A stretch of DNA of 64,000 nt from Mobula hypostoma (Eukaryota): NCBI RefSeq assembly GCF_963921235.1, contig NC_086097.1, positions 3,534,001-3,598,000 on the forward strand, given 5' to 3'. Position 1 is the stretch's first letter. Each line of letters opens with the position of its first letter. Positions 1-12,226 of the stretch are shown piece by piece. The notes under the pieces were generated by a model. That model was not told where the DNA came from. It ran no database searches and saw only the letters and a list, made by a program, of their open reading frames with translations. Position numbers and translations under genes: made by a program.

Positions 1-512
1 AGTGATAATGATCAGGAATAACCAGGAATGATCTTGGCAGATTTTTCTGCAGAAGTGGCTTGCCATTGCATTCTTCTGGGCAGTGTCATTCATCGTCATC
101 GTGGCTATCCCTCGAGGTCGAGGATGATGGTCTTCGTTCTGAAGAAGTGGCCCACAGAGTGAAGATGCCTGTGCGTGTAGTTGTTTAATGTGTACTTGAT
201 GTTGCACTCCAAGAAGCACACGATACTTCACAATCAACCAACTGATTCCAATGGCATGGAAACCACGACAATTGGAGCTGATGGATTTGTTGCAGCCTTT
301 ATCCGCCTTCACAGCCGTTGAGTTCGAAGTAACTTCGTCCGCCTGTTCCACCTTTGAGGTCTTGGTTGGAGGCAGTGTCATTACAAGGTGATTGAATCCA
401 GCCATTATCAATACTCCTCAGAGACTGTCTGCTTGGCACCAGGACTTGTGATATGTACCAGCTACCCATACAACCATCTATCACCTGCTCCCAGGGGCTC
501 ATGTGACCCTAA
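1..512 (-). mobile_element. RTE-related SINE-like element (family B), interrupted by a younger insertion at 91-370
   Basis: The minus strand has a BovB/RTE-like motif (CCAGAAGAATGCAATGGCAAGCCACTTC). It shares AGGGTCAC(A/G)TGA..GGGAGCAGGTG with 15826-16020. Confidence 0.6.
91..370 (-). mobile_element. 5'-truncated non-autonomous RTE-derived retroposon (family A)
   Basis: Near-identical reverse complement of ~54158-54433. Perfect 12-bp TSD GGCAGTGTCATT at 79-90 and 371-382; (GAT)n-like tail. Confidence 0.92.
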
Positions 513-720
513 CAGGACAGATTATAATATAATTTCAGATCTATAGAGTAATAGTGCGGATTGGTGTGGATTTGTTCCTTGCCCTTTTGTTAATACTGCT
601 TCTTTCACCGTGCTCATGGGTACATTCTTCCCTCAGAAGGCTCATTGGGTAGGCCCCATGCACCAAACCTTTCATTCTAATTGGCCAGACGCATTCGCAG
701 GCATAGTCATAGATTCCTTA

Positions 721-1008
721 AGACCATAAGATATAGGAGTAGGATTATGCCAATTGGCCTATCGAGTCTACTCTGCCATTTCATCAAGCCTGATCCATTT
801 ACCCTCTCAGTCCCAATTTCCTGCCTTCTGGTAACCCTCACGCTCTGACTGATCAACAATCTATCAGACTCTGCTTAAATATACCCAATGACTTGGCCTT
901 CACAGGCTCAGGTGACAATAAATTCCATAGATTTTCTACTCTCTGGCTAAAGAAATTCTTCCTCATTACCATTCTAAAAGGATGCCCCTCTATCTTGAGG
1001 CTGTGTCC
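721..1008 (-). mobile_element. CR1 LINE 3' end fragment
   Basis: Typical CR1 3' UTR (..CCTATATCTTATGGTCT) and decayed C-terminal ORF2. Confidence 0.8.
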
Positions 1009-1011
1009 ATG

Positions 1012-3092
1012 AGACCGTAGGACACAGCAGCAGAATTAAGCCATTCACCCCATCGAGTCTTCTCCACCATTAAATCGTGGCAGATCCTGGATCGCACTCA
1101 ACCCCATACACCTGCCTTATCACCATATCCTTCGATGCCCTGACCAATCAGGAAATGATCAACTTCCGCCTTAAATATATGCATGGACTTGGCCCCCACC
1201 GCAGTCTGTGGCAGATCATTCCACAGATTCACTCCTCTCTGGCTTTAGAAAATCCTCCTTACCTCTGTGTCCCCTCAATTTTGAAGCTGTGTGCACTGGT
1301 TCTGGATACCCCCACCATAGGAAACGTCCTCTCCACATCCACCCTATCTAGTCCTTTCAACATTCAGTAGGTCTCAATGAGATCCCCCCCCCTACAGTCT
1401 TCTAAATTATAGTGAGTACAGGCCCAAAGCTTCCAAATGCTCCTCATATGTTAACCCCTTCATTCCTGGAATCACCCTCATGAACCTTCCCTGGACTCTC
1501 TCCAATGACAACTCGTCCTTTCTGAGAAATGGAGTCCAAAACTGTTGACAGTTCTCTAAAAGCGGCCTGGCTAGTGTCTTATAAAGGTTCAGCATTACCT
1601 CCTTGCTTTTATATTCTATTCCCCTTGAAATAAATCCCAACATTGCATTTGCCTTCTTTACCACAGACTCAACCTGTAAATTAACCTTCTGGGAGTCTTC
1701 AATGAGAACTCCTAACTCCCTCTGCACCTCTGATGTTTGAACCTTCTCCTTACTTAGATAATAGTTCGCACTGTTGTTCCTTTTACCAAAATTCATTATC
1801 ATACATTTCCCAACACTGTATTCCATTTGCCGCTTTTTTGCCCATTCTTCCAATTTGTCTAAGTCCTGTTGCAATCACATTGCTTCCTCAGCATTACCTA
1901 CCCCTCCACCTATCTTCATATCATTTGCAAACTTTGCCACAAAGCCATCAATTCCATTATCTAAGTCATTGACAAACAATGGGAAAAGCACCAAAGCATC
2001 TGCTATCTTTTCAGCACACTCTTTCAGAACTCTAGGATGTAGTCCATCTGGTCTAGGTGAATTATCCATCTTAAGACTTTTCAGTTTGCTTGGCACTTTT
2101 TCCTTTGTAATAGCAGTGGCAGTCACTCCTGTTCTCTGACACTCCTGGACCTCTGGCACACTACCAGTATCTTCCACAGTGAAGGCTGATGCAAAGTACT
2201 CATTAAGTTCATCTGCCATTTCTTTGTTCCCCCATTACTACCTCACCAACATCATTTCCCAGTGGTGCAATATCAACTTTAACCTCCCTTTTATTCTTTA
2301 TATACTTGAAAAAACTCTTTATATTATTGGCTAGTTTGTCCTCATATTTCATCTTATGGCTTTTTAGTTGACGTTTGTTGGATTTTAAAAACTTCCCAAT
2401 CATCTAACTTCCCATTCACTTTTGCTACATTATATGATCTTTCCTTGGCTTTTACTCAGTCCTTAACTACCACGGTTGCCTCTCTCTCCTGTGTCTGTGA
2501 TTCCTTATACTACACTGTAATACTGATACATCTGACTTTAGCTTCTCCTTCTCAAATTTCAGGGTGAATTCAATTACATTATGATCACTTTCACCCAAGG
2601 GTCTTTTTTAAGCTCTCTAATCAATTCTGGTTTATTGCTCAACATCCAATCAGATTAGCTGGGCTCAACCACAAGCTGCCCTAAAAAGCCAACTCATAGG
2701 CACTGTAGAAATTCCTCCTCTTGGAATCCTGCACCAACCTGACTTTCCCAATCTACCTGCATATTGAAACATCCCATGACTATTGTAACATTGCCCTTTT
2801 GGCATGCATTTCCTATCTCCTGTTGTAATTTGTGGACCAAATCCTTACTACTGTTTGGGTGTCTGTATATATCTCCCCTTAGGGTCTTTTTACTCTTTCA
2901 GTTCCTTAGCTGTGTCCACCATGATTCCTCACCTTTTGACCCTATGTCACCTCTTTCCAATTATTTGATTTCATCTTTTACCAGTAGAGTCACACCATCC
3001 TCTGCCTTCCTGTCTGACGTGTATCCTTGGAGATTAAGTTCCCAGCTATAAACTTCTTTCAGCCACAATTTAGTCATAGCCACAACATCGTT
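1012..3092 (-). mobile_element. CR1 LINE, decayed ORF2 (endonuclease + RT) with internal deletions
   Basis: ORF pieces 1407-1874 (LYKTLARPLLENCQQFWTP) and 1875-2219 (PDGLHPRVLKE, KFANDMK). Confidence 0.92.
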
Positions 3093-3094
3093 CA

Positions 3095-3630
3095 TGGAAC
3101 ACTACAGAACAGATGCTGACCCTTTGGCCCATCTAGCCATGCTGAACTATTAATCTGCCTATTTCCATCGACCTGCATGCGGACCATCACCCTCCATGAA
3201 CCTCCCATCCAGGTGGTTGGTTGGCTGTCCGTGGTATCCGATGATGAAAGTGAAACCAATGCAGGAGAGTTTTTAAATGGGCAGTTCCACTCTCTCAGCC
3301 TCAGAAGTCTGGGTCCAGTGGTGCAAGTAGTTGTCACAAACTGGGGCCCTCCTTGGTTGCAGTGGATGACCACATCTTCTTCTTTGCCTCGTCATGCCCT
3401 TCCCTCTCCATGGAGTGTTGAAGAAGCACCTTCTGGGCCTTTGGTTCTCACTGTAGATCTCATCCACCCAGTCCACCACTGACTTTGCATGCTAGGATAG
3501 GCATGACCCACTCATACACCTATCCAAATTTCTCTTAAATGTTGAAATCTAACCGAGATCCACCATTTCCACTGGGAGTTTGTTCCACACTCCCTCCACC
3601 CTCTGAGTAAAGAAGTTCCCCCCTCATGTT
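3095..3630 (-). mobile_element. CR1 3' end interrupted by an insertion at ~3212-3505
   Basis: CR1 3' UTR at 3095-3210 resumes at ~3508 (CCTATCCAAATTTCTCTTAAATG). Confidence 0.75.
3212..3505 (-). mobile_element. RTE-dependent SINE-like element (family C, MAR1-like motifs)
   Basis: Minus strand GGTCATCCACTGCA..CCACTGGAC..GAGAGAGTG and a (CCAA)n tail; resemblance to RTE 5' UTR-derived SINEs is from recall. Confidence 0.5.
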
Positions 3631-3765
3631 TACATCTGGTGAATCTTCACCCTCACATTAACTGGCTGTTAAAGCAGTCACTATTTAAAACTGATTTGGG
3701 AATGATTACAGTATATAAAACAAATTAGTATGATTAATAATATCTAAAATGTAAAATACTAAAAT

Positions 3766-3774
3766 ACACACACA

Positions 3775-3813
<39 letters not shown>

Positions 3814-3831
3814 ACCCACCCACCCACACAC
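3766..3831. repeat. (CA)n / (CACC)n microsatellite
   Basis: Direct reading. Confidence 0.98.
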
Positions 3832-3847
3832 AATTATAATATTTATT

Positions 3848-4058
3848 CTTGTTCTTGCAGAAACATGGCTGCAGGACAACATCCCATGCACCATCAATCT
3901 GCAGGCCAAGACACTCAGGGACCTGGACCATATTATTGTTTTGTGGTGGTCAGTTTTACTGCTATCATAATTATATGTGCTATACGTGCTGCGTGCTATT
4001 GGTACTATGCTTTGTACTTTGGCACAGGAGGAATGTTGTTCTGTTTTCTTCAGCCTTG
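3848..4058 (+). mobile_element. Rex1-derived internally deleted element (endonuclease fragment joined to 3' UTR-like sequence)
   Basis: Encodes VLAETWLQDNIP; homologous to ~58360-58420. Confidence 0.55.
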
Positions 4059-4059
4059 A

Positions 4060-4130
4060 TGAATGATCTCAACCCAAAACTTCAACTGTTAATTCACTTG
4101 CACAGATGCTGCCTGACCTGCTGAGTTCCC
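4060..4130 (+). mobile_element. Penelope-like terminal repeat fragment with decayed hammerhead
   Basis: TTGATGA...AAAAC followed by GATGCTGCCTGACCTGCTGAGTTCC. Confidence 0.7.
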
Positions 4131-4133
4131 AAC

Positions 4134-4429
4134 AGGCTGTGCTGCCCAGCAACCCACTGATTTAACCCTATCCTAATCACAGGGCAATTTACAATGACCA
4201 ACTAACTGACTAACTGGCACGTCTCTGGACTGTGGGAGGAAATCGGAGTGCCCAGAGGAAACCCACGTGCTCATGGGAAAGAACATACAAGTGTGCTTAC
4301 CGAGGATGCTGGGATTGAACTCTGAACTCCAACGGCCCAAGTTGTAATAGCGTTGTGCTTACTTAACTGCTATGCCACCGTGGTGCCCCAACTGTGGTGA
4401 CTTTTGTGGAGAAGTCTAGGCATCAACTC
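4134..4429 (-). mobile_element. tRNA-derived V-SINE (HE1-like)
   Basis: Minus strand has a tRNA-like head with B box (GAGTTCAATCCC), V-domain TTTCCTCCCACAGTCCAGAGACGTG, and GATTAGGATAGGGTTAAATC. Confidence 0.85.
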
Positions 4430-4609
4430 AAATGTGTAACCTGTAACGTATTTGTTCATACAACCACCATCATGTGAGAGTTTTCATGGCCTCTCATATT
4501 CCTGTAGTTAGTCATTGTGTGTATTCCCACATGTTCTTCACATTCATTCCAACATAACTGCAACTATTTGCAAATAATGCTTTTTTATTTTAAGTCATCT
4601 TCTTATTCC

Positions 4610-4715
4610 TGGTTCCTCCTTTCAGTCCAATCCTGATGAAGGGTCTCGGCCTGAAACATCATTTCTATCGACGCTGCCTGATCCTCTGAGTTCCTCCAGC
4701 ACTTTAAGTGCATCA
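4610..4715 (+). mobile_element. Penelope-like terminal repeat fragment with hammerhead core
   Basis: CTGATGA-AGGGTCTCGGCCT-GAAAC at 4633-4657. Confidence 0.85.
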
Positions 4716-4929
4716 CTCTTCTATTTATTAGTGCAAGTTCGAACAAGCATCTGAGCAATTATTCGTTATGTTTGTTCAGCCTGTTTGCAGGCCGATGAAG
4801 ACAAAGCAATGAATTCCAGTTTGCTGAACCTGAATCAGATAAAAAGCAAAAAAAAATTAGATATTTAGTTAGAGTGAAATTAAAGTCGTTTGAAGTTTGT
4901 TCAGGAAAAGTTTTGATGAAAGATTGTTT

Positions 4930-5345
4930 AAGTTCATGTTCAAGTTTATTGTCACCTGACTGTACATACGTAAAACCAAACAAAACAATGTTCCTCCGGA
5001 CCATAGGGCACCCAGAAAACATGTATCACACACAGCACAGAAAACAAAATATTACCGCAAGTAAGTTAATAAAATATAATTCAAAATGCATGTAGTGCAC
5101 AGCACAGTTAAACAGTTAACAGTACAGTAAATTGTAAACAGCTCGCTGTTCTTGTGATGAGACTTCAGTGGTGGCAGAATATTCATTAGCTTCACAGCCT
5201 GAGGGAAGAAGCTGTTACCCAGTCTGACAGTTCTCGTCCTGATGCTCCTGTCCCTCCTTCCTGATGGTAGTGGGTCAAAGAGATTGGGTGGTGGGGATCC
5301 TCAACAATGCTTTAGGCACTTTGTCTACAGTTCTCCTGGTAAATG
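4930..5345 (-). mobile_element. Rex1/Babar LINE 3' fragment
   Basis: LLPSGR..IRTRT..L.NSFFPQAV.L.N C-terminal motif, then 3' UTR ending AATAAACTTGAAC. Confidence 0.75.
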
Positions 5346-5366
5346 TCACAAAAAGGGAGAGAGAGA

Positions 5367-5720
5367 CTATAAGACATAGGAGGAAAACTAGGCCATTCAG
5401 TCCATCGAGTCTGCTCCAGCATTCCATCATGGCTGATTTATTAGCCCTCTCAATCCCATTTTCCCACCTTCTCCCCATAATCTTTGACGTCCTATCTAAT
5501 CAAGAACTTATCAATGCTGCTTTAAATATATCCGATAACCTGGCCACCACAGCAGCCTATGGCAGTGAATTTCACAGATTCACCACCTTCTGGCTAAAGA
5601 AATTCCTCCTTTTCACTGTTCTAAATGGATATCCTTGTATTCTGAGATTCTGCCCTCTGGTCCTAGACTCCCCCGCTGCTGGCAACATCCTCTGCATGTC
5701 CACTATGTCTAGACCTTTCA
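5367..5720 (-). mobile_element. CR1 LINE 3' end
   Basis: FFSQKVVNL.NSLP motif and CR1 3' UTR. Confidence 0.85.
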
Positions 5721-6345
5721 TGGTTCTTATGGCAGCTTGCTGTGAAGTAAGGCAGCAAAATAATATGTTTTCTTTTAGTGGTGTAGATGTTGCATTCAGT
5801 AAATCATGGCAAAGTACAGACTTGTTTCAAGTGAGGCCTCCAGTGAGGACTGTTGCTTATAATTATTGCTTATAATTTTCCTCAAATTACATTGATTTTT
5901 TAAAATAAAAACAGTCATCTCCTATGACTTTGCCTGCAGGGTAAGTATAATTCTCTCATGGAATTCTGAACAATTTATTAATAAATAACAATATCCTAAC
6001 GAAAGTAACAATATTTGCAAAATGAGCAGCGTTTCCATTAAGGCAATTAAGGTTAATTAAAGATTTATTGGGGAATACTAGAATGATCTGATATTATGAA
6101 AGGGAAATACATTTGCCTTCACATTTAAGAATATCTTTAGATTGGGCTAATAGATGATACTGTGGTAAACCGAATCAGAAACAGATTTAATATCACTGGC
6201 ATGCGTCATGAAACTTGTTCTTTCTAAGTAGTGCTTAGGAGACCAAAAAAGATTTTTAAAATACTGAGGTAGTGTACGTGGGTTTACTGTCCATTCGGAA
6301 ATCTGACGGCAGAAGGGAAGAAGCAAATTTGTGGATGACTCCACG

Positions 6346-7083
6346 ATTTGTTGTGGCTATCCCTCGAGGTCGAGGATGATGGTCTTCGTTCTGTTGATCT
6401 ACTTATGGGCTCTCAAGTGGCTTATGAGTCCAATCTTGGCTTTGAAAGATCTTCCGCATTCAGGACAGGTAGTTCCAGATGACAGATCGGGCTTTGGTTG
6501 TTGCTGCCTCTCTTTCCATTTTCTTCTCTCTTCTTCTAATTCTGCACATCTATTGGCTTCGAAAGTTGCTGTTCCTCCTCGGATGATGGCTTGACAGAGT
6601 TTCCTGTCCTTGTCATTGGTTTACCAATTGTTGATGTAGATGTTACATTTCTTCATGTTGGCTTTTAAGACGTCTTTGAATCTCTTCTGTTGTCCGCCTC
6701 TTTTACGTTTGCCTTCTTTAAGCTGGGAGTAGAAGATTTGTTTCGGCAGATGTTCGTCTTTCATCCGAACAACATGACCGCTCCATCTTAGTTGGTTCTT
6801 GATGACGTAGGCTTCAATGCTTGTTGTTTTTGCTTCATTTAGCACGCTGACGTTGGTTCTTCTATCTTCCCAGCTGATAAATTTAAGATGTTTCGAAGAC
6901 AGCGTTGATGGAACTTTTCAAGTGCCTTCAGATGTCATCGGTATGTTGTCCAGGTTTCTGATGCATACAGGAGTGTTGGGATTACCACTGCTTTGCACAC
7001 TAACATTTTGGTGTCTGTTTGGATGTCACGATCATGAAAGACTCTTGTTCGGAGGCGTCCAAAAAGCTGTTCCAGCGCATTTA
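6346..7083 (-). mobile_element. RTE-clade LINE, 5'-truncated
   Basis: QLRWSGHVVRMKDEHLPKQIFYSQLKEGKRKRGGQQKRFKD; C-terminal zinc finger CPECGRSFKAKIGLISHLRAHK*; short 3' UTR with (CAA)n tail. It splits the FADD motif of a CR1. Confidence 0.92.
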
Positions 7084-7930
7084 AGATGATGTTGGATCTG
7101 TAGTGTAGTGAACAGTGATGAAGACTGTCATGGCTTGTGGAGGGATGTGGACCAGCTGGAAAAATAGGCTGAAAAATGGCAGGTAGAATTTAATGCATAC
7201 AAGTGTGAGTTGTTGCACTTCAGTAGGACCAGCTAGGGTAAAGCTTAAAGAGTGAGCAGTAGGGCACTGAGGAATGTGGTAGATGAGAGGGATCTGGGAA
7301 TACAGATCCATAATTCCATGAAAGTGGTGTCACAGATAGAGCCTTAAGGAAACCTTCTGACACATTGGTCTTCATAAGTCAAAGTATTCAGTGCTTTGGG
7401 ATGTTATGTTGAAATTGTATAAGATGTGGGTGAGGCCTAATTTGGAGTATTGTGTGCAGTCTTGGTCACCTATCGGCAGTAAAGATATAAAGGGTACAGA
7501 TAACATTTATAAGTATTGCCAGGACTAGAGGACCTGAGTTATAAGGAAAGATTGAATAGGTTAGGACTTTATTCCCTAGAACATAGAAGACTGAAGGGAG
7601 ATTTGATAGAGATATAGAAAATTATGAGGAGTATCGATAGAGCAAATGCAGGCAGACTTTCTCCACTGAGGTTGGGTGAGAGTAGAACTGGAGGTCATGG
7701 GTTAATGTGAAAAGTTTAATGGATAATTTCTACACTCAGAGGGTGATGAGACTGTGGAATGAGCAGCCAGCGGAAGTAGTAGATGCTGGGTTGATTTCAG
7801 CATTTAAGTAAAATTTGGACATATACATGGGTGGGAGACTTATGGTCTAAGTCCCGGTTGATGAGACTAGGCAAGCATGGACGAGATAGGCCAAAGGGCC
7901 TGTTTATGTGTTATTGTATTCTACGACTAT
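7084..7930 (+). mobile_element. CR1 LINE 3' part (5' stub at ~6322-6345)
   Basis: Decayed VRPNLEYCVQSWSP, LRGDLIEIYKIM and 3' UTR. Confidence 0.85.
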
Positions 7931-8031
7931 TTCATATCTCTAGAGTGATTAATGCGGTGGGGAGACATGCATCAAAATTCAAACTAATGTGCACCCTTAT
8001 GTATTCCAGTCCAGCCCCACTGAATGGACCT

Positions 8032-8396
8032 ATAACCATATAACCATATAACAATTACAGCACGGAAACAGGACATCTTGGCTCTTCTAGACCATACCGA
8101 ACGCTTACTCTCACCTAGTCCCACCGACCTGCACTCAGCCCATAACCCTCCATTCCTTTCCTGTCCATATACCTATCCAATTTTTCTTTAAATGACAACA
8201 TCGAACCTGCCTCTACCACTTCTACTGGAAGCTCATTCCACACAGCTACCACTCTCTGAGTAAAGAAGTTCCCCCTCGTGTTACCCCTAAACTTTTGCCC
8301 CCTCTCAACTCATGTCCTCTTGTTTGAATCTCCCCAACTCTCAATGGAAAAACCCTATCCACGTCAACTCTATCTATCCCCCTCATAATTTTAAAG
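8032..8396 (-). mobile_element. CR1 LINE 3' end
   Basis: (TATGGTTA)n tail on the minus strand; FFTQRVVAVWNELP. Confidence 0.88.
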
Positions 8397-8505
8397 ACCT
8401 GTGGCTGGAGTTAGGGCAAAGGCTTCAGACTGACCTTCACCCAGTCCAGCTCCCCTGAATGGACCTGTTGCTGGAGTTAGGGTGAAGGCTTGGGACTGAC
8501 CTTCA
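8396..8505. repeat. 66-bp tandem repeat (partial unit also at 8006-8031)
   Basis: GACCTGT(G/T)GCTGGAGTTAGGG..GACTGACCTTCA at 8396 and 8462. Confidence 0.8.
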
Positions 8506-8654
8506 TTAAAATGCATTGCTTGTATTAACAACCAACACACCTAAGGCGGTGCTGGGGCACCCGTAAGTATCACCTCATATTCCACCGCCGAAATAGCATG
8601 CCCACGATGTCCAGCAGAACAACACAGAACACAACCAAATGGATCAGAGTAGGC

Positions 8655-10218
8655 GACGCTTGGTGATGAAACACATCAAGTCCTGTGTGAGAAGTGACCT
8701 CGATCCGTTCCAATTTGCCTTCCATCAGAACAAGTCCACAGCAGATGACATCAGGATGCTCTTTATTGACTACAGCTCAGCATTCAATGCCATCGTCCCC
8801 TCAAACCTAATCAATAAGCTTCAAGACCTTGGCCTCAATAGCTCCTTGTGCAATCGATTTCCTCATTTGCAGACCCTAGTCAGTTCAGATTGGCAACATC
8901 ATCTCCTTCACAATCTCCATCAGGACTGGTGAACCACAAGGCCGTGTGCTCAGCCCCCCGCTCTACTCACTTTACGCTTCTGACTGAGGCTAAGCACAGC
9001 TCCAATGCCATATTTAAGTTTGCTGATAACACCACTGGCATAGGCTGAATCAAAGTTGGTGATGAATCAGCATACAGGAGGGAGATTGATAACCTGACTG
9101 CCATATCAACAGCCTCTCACTCAATGTCAGCAAGTCGAAGGAGCTGATTATTGACCAGGAGGAGGAAAGAAGAGGTCCATGAGCCAGTCCTCATTGGGGG
9201 ATCAGAGGTGGAGAGGGTCAGCAACTTTGAATTCCTTAGTGTTATCGTTTCGGAGGACCTGTCCAGGGCTTAGCTCATAAAGGCAATTATGAAAAAAGCA
9301 CAGCAATTCCTCTGCTTCCTTGTGAGTTTGTGAAGATTTGGCATGACATCTCTCTATGACAAACCTCTACAGATGTGTAGTGGAGACTATATTGACTGTC
9401 TGCATCACAGCCTGGCGTGGAAACACCAACACCCTTGAATGGAAACTCCTACAAAAAGTAGTGGATACGGCCCAGTCCATCAGGGCTAAAGTCCACCCTA
9501 CCATTGAGCACATCTACATGGAGCACCATCACAGGAAAACACCAACCATCATCAGGGACCCCCACCCCACAACCCAGACCATGCTCTCTTCTCGTCCCTG
9601 CCATCAGGAAGATACAGGAGCCTCAGGACCCACACTTCCAAGTTCACTCTTGAACCAGAGGAGATAACTTCATTCAATTTCACTCACCCCAGCACTGAAC
9701 TTTTCCCACAACCAATGGATTCACTTTCAAGGACTTTTCATCTCATGTTCTCAATATTTATTGCTTATTTATGTATTAACTTATTTAGTATTTGCACAGT
9801 TTGTCATATTTTGCATGTCTTTCATGCGGTCTTCCATTGAGTCTATCGTAATTCTTGGACTTGCTGTGTACGAAAACAGGGTGCCAGGGTGACGTAGCAG
9901 TTAGCATGATGCCATAACAGCTCGGGGTGTCAGAGTTCCGGGTTCGATTCCAGCATCCTCCGTAAGGAAGGGTATACATTCTCGTGACTGCATGGGTTCC
10001 GGTTTCTGCCCACAGTTCAAAGTTGTACCATTCGGTAGATTTTCCAGTGATTAGGCTGGGTTAAATCAGTGGATTGCTGGGTGCTGCAGCTCCTTGGGCC
10101 TGAGGGCCTGTTCCACACTGTATCGCTAAATGAACAAAATTTAAAGAATGAATCTCAAGGTTGTCGTTGGTGGCATATATGTACTTCGATAATAAATTTA
10201 CCTTGAACTTTGAACTTT
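8655..10218 (+). mobile_element. Rex1/Babar LINE, internally deleted
   Basis: [44 protein letters not shown]; tail (ACTTTGA)n. Confidence 0.9.
9879..10140 (+). mobile_element. V-SINE (HE1-like) nested in the Rex1 3' UTR
   Basis: B box GGTTCGATTCC at 9941-9951, V-domain remnant, CR1-like tail GGGCCTGTTCCACACTGTATC. Confidence 0.85.
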
Positions 10219-10414
10219 AAACTCCTGGACAGGTGATACATTCATTGGTCAAAGAACTTTCTGGAGAATACTCAGACGTTATGCATGATTACTGACCACT
10301 TAGGAGATACTACCTGACTGTCAGACCCACGAAAGCTATACCCTAGCAGAAATAATAGAATGAGGTGAAGTTGAGAGAGAAGACTGATTAAAGACAAGCA
10401 AAAATAAGTATTTA

Positions 10415-10945
10415 CAAAGTTCAAAGTAAATATATTATCAAAGAACCTATATATCACCACATAGAATCCTGAGATTCATTTTCTTGTGGGCATACGTAGC
10501 AAATCCAAGAAACACAATAGAATTGATAAGACTACACCCAACAGGGTGGACAACAACCAATGTACAAATTATAGCTAACTGCAAATGCAAAAGAGTTTAA
10601 CAAAAAAAAACAATAAATTTCAAGAACATGAGATGAAGAGTGAGTCCATGGGTTGTTGGAACAGTTCAGTGATGGGGCAAGTGAAGTTGAATGAAGTTAT
10701 CCCTTCTGTTCAAAAGCCTGATAGTTGAGGGGTAGTAACTGTTCCGGAACCTGATGGTGTGGGTCCTGAGGCTCTTGTAACTCATTCCTGATGGCAGCAG
10801 CGAGAAAAGAGCATGGCCTGGGTGGTGGAGCCTCTCTGATAATCAATGCTGCTTTCTTGCGACCATGCTCCGTGTAGATGTTCTCAGTGGTGGGGAGGGT
10901 TTTACCGTAGCCTCTACTTTTTGTAGGATTTTCCATTCAAGGGTA
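10415..10945 (-). mobile_element. Rex1/Babar LINE 3' end
   Basis: TLEWKILQKV..LPTTENIYTEH; same family as 8655-10218. Confidence 0.85.
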
Positions 10946-11489
10946 TAGATGTTTCTAATAAACTGAAATGTTTCACATAAATTGGTTAACGACAATAAAT
11001 GTTGATTCTGTGGATAAATTGCTTCTTTGTCAATCACTAGCAAAAGATCAGGGGGAAAGATTGAAAAATACATCATTTGAAAATCAGTTTTACATGCTTT
11101 ATTCACCCTGTGTCTCCTTATGCTTGTTTGTTACCATCTTGGAGGCATTGACCTGCTACCCAACTCAGAAACTCTATTCTTCGGTTATTTATAGTCGACT
11201 TAAATAATGCAATTGTTCAGCAAGACTGCCTGACTTGAACAAGCATCAGAAACATGTGAGGCAAATTAATTTCATGTCAGATTTAGCAGTTGGGTAGATT
11301 GCAGCATGACTGCTTACATCAGAGATTTCTATAGTTCAATGTACTAAGCTGAATTCTGGAATTTTACAGAATTACAAAAAATGAATGTTGTCATTATCAT
11401 CTCATTGTTCATTGTTTTCAGAACCCTGAATGAATCCAGAATTGCTAAATATATATGGAACTTGGTAAAACACTATTGACTTATCTAGA

Positions 11490-11720
11490 GATACAGCAGA
11501 ACCATTCCCTTCCGGCTCTGTCCAGTGACCCTATCCAGTGACAATTTAACCCCAGCCTAATCACAGGACAATTAATCCTCTAACCATACATCATTCTGGG
11601 AGGAAACCAGAGCACCCAGAGGAAACCCACACAGTCACAGAGAGAGCTTACAGAAGGTGCCAGAAACGAACTCTGAGCTGAAGTAGCATCGTGCTAACCG
11701 CTACAGTGCCATGGCACGCT
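11490..11720 (-). mobile_element. V-SINE (HE1-like), decayed
   Basis: GGGAGGAAACCAGAGCACCCAGAGGAAACCCAC core on the plus strand. Confidence 0.8.
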
Positions 11721-12226
11721 GTCACATCATACACAACAAATTTGGAATGTTTTCATTATAATTCAGGAATTATTGAATCTTTCATTTTCTACAATGTTGT
11801 GTTGTGATGAATATTCCAGTCCGTTAGGAACAAAGCAAAGTCTGCAAAGGCCAACAGTAGAAATTGTATCACCTTAAAATGATGAGATTTCATTACCGGA
11901 AGATGTGCTGTGAAAGCATTTTCAACACTTGGAAGGGCAGATGATTGATCAATACTTTCTCAAGGATAGGTGGGCATTGGCAATAAGGCTGACTGGCAAT
12001 GACTGAATTCCCTGCCAACACGCAGGTCTCAGCACGTATGAATTGCCGACAGTGTTATACCGTTTACTTTTTCACTTGTGTCATAAATGCACCTTATGGT
12101 AAGTGTCAATCTTCTGGAATATATTTTATTAATTGTTAATTTAATTGTGGTATTTTTACTGTATGTGCTGTGAGGAATGAGAGTTTTATTTGGTGGCATA
12201 CATGTGTACGGTTAGATGATGGAACT

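Noticed and set aside
5264..5875. 203-aa ORF
   Set aside because: It is an antisense read-through of adjacent Rex1 and CR1 fragments.
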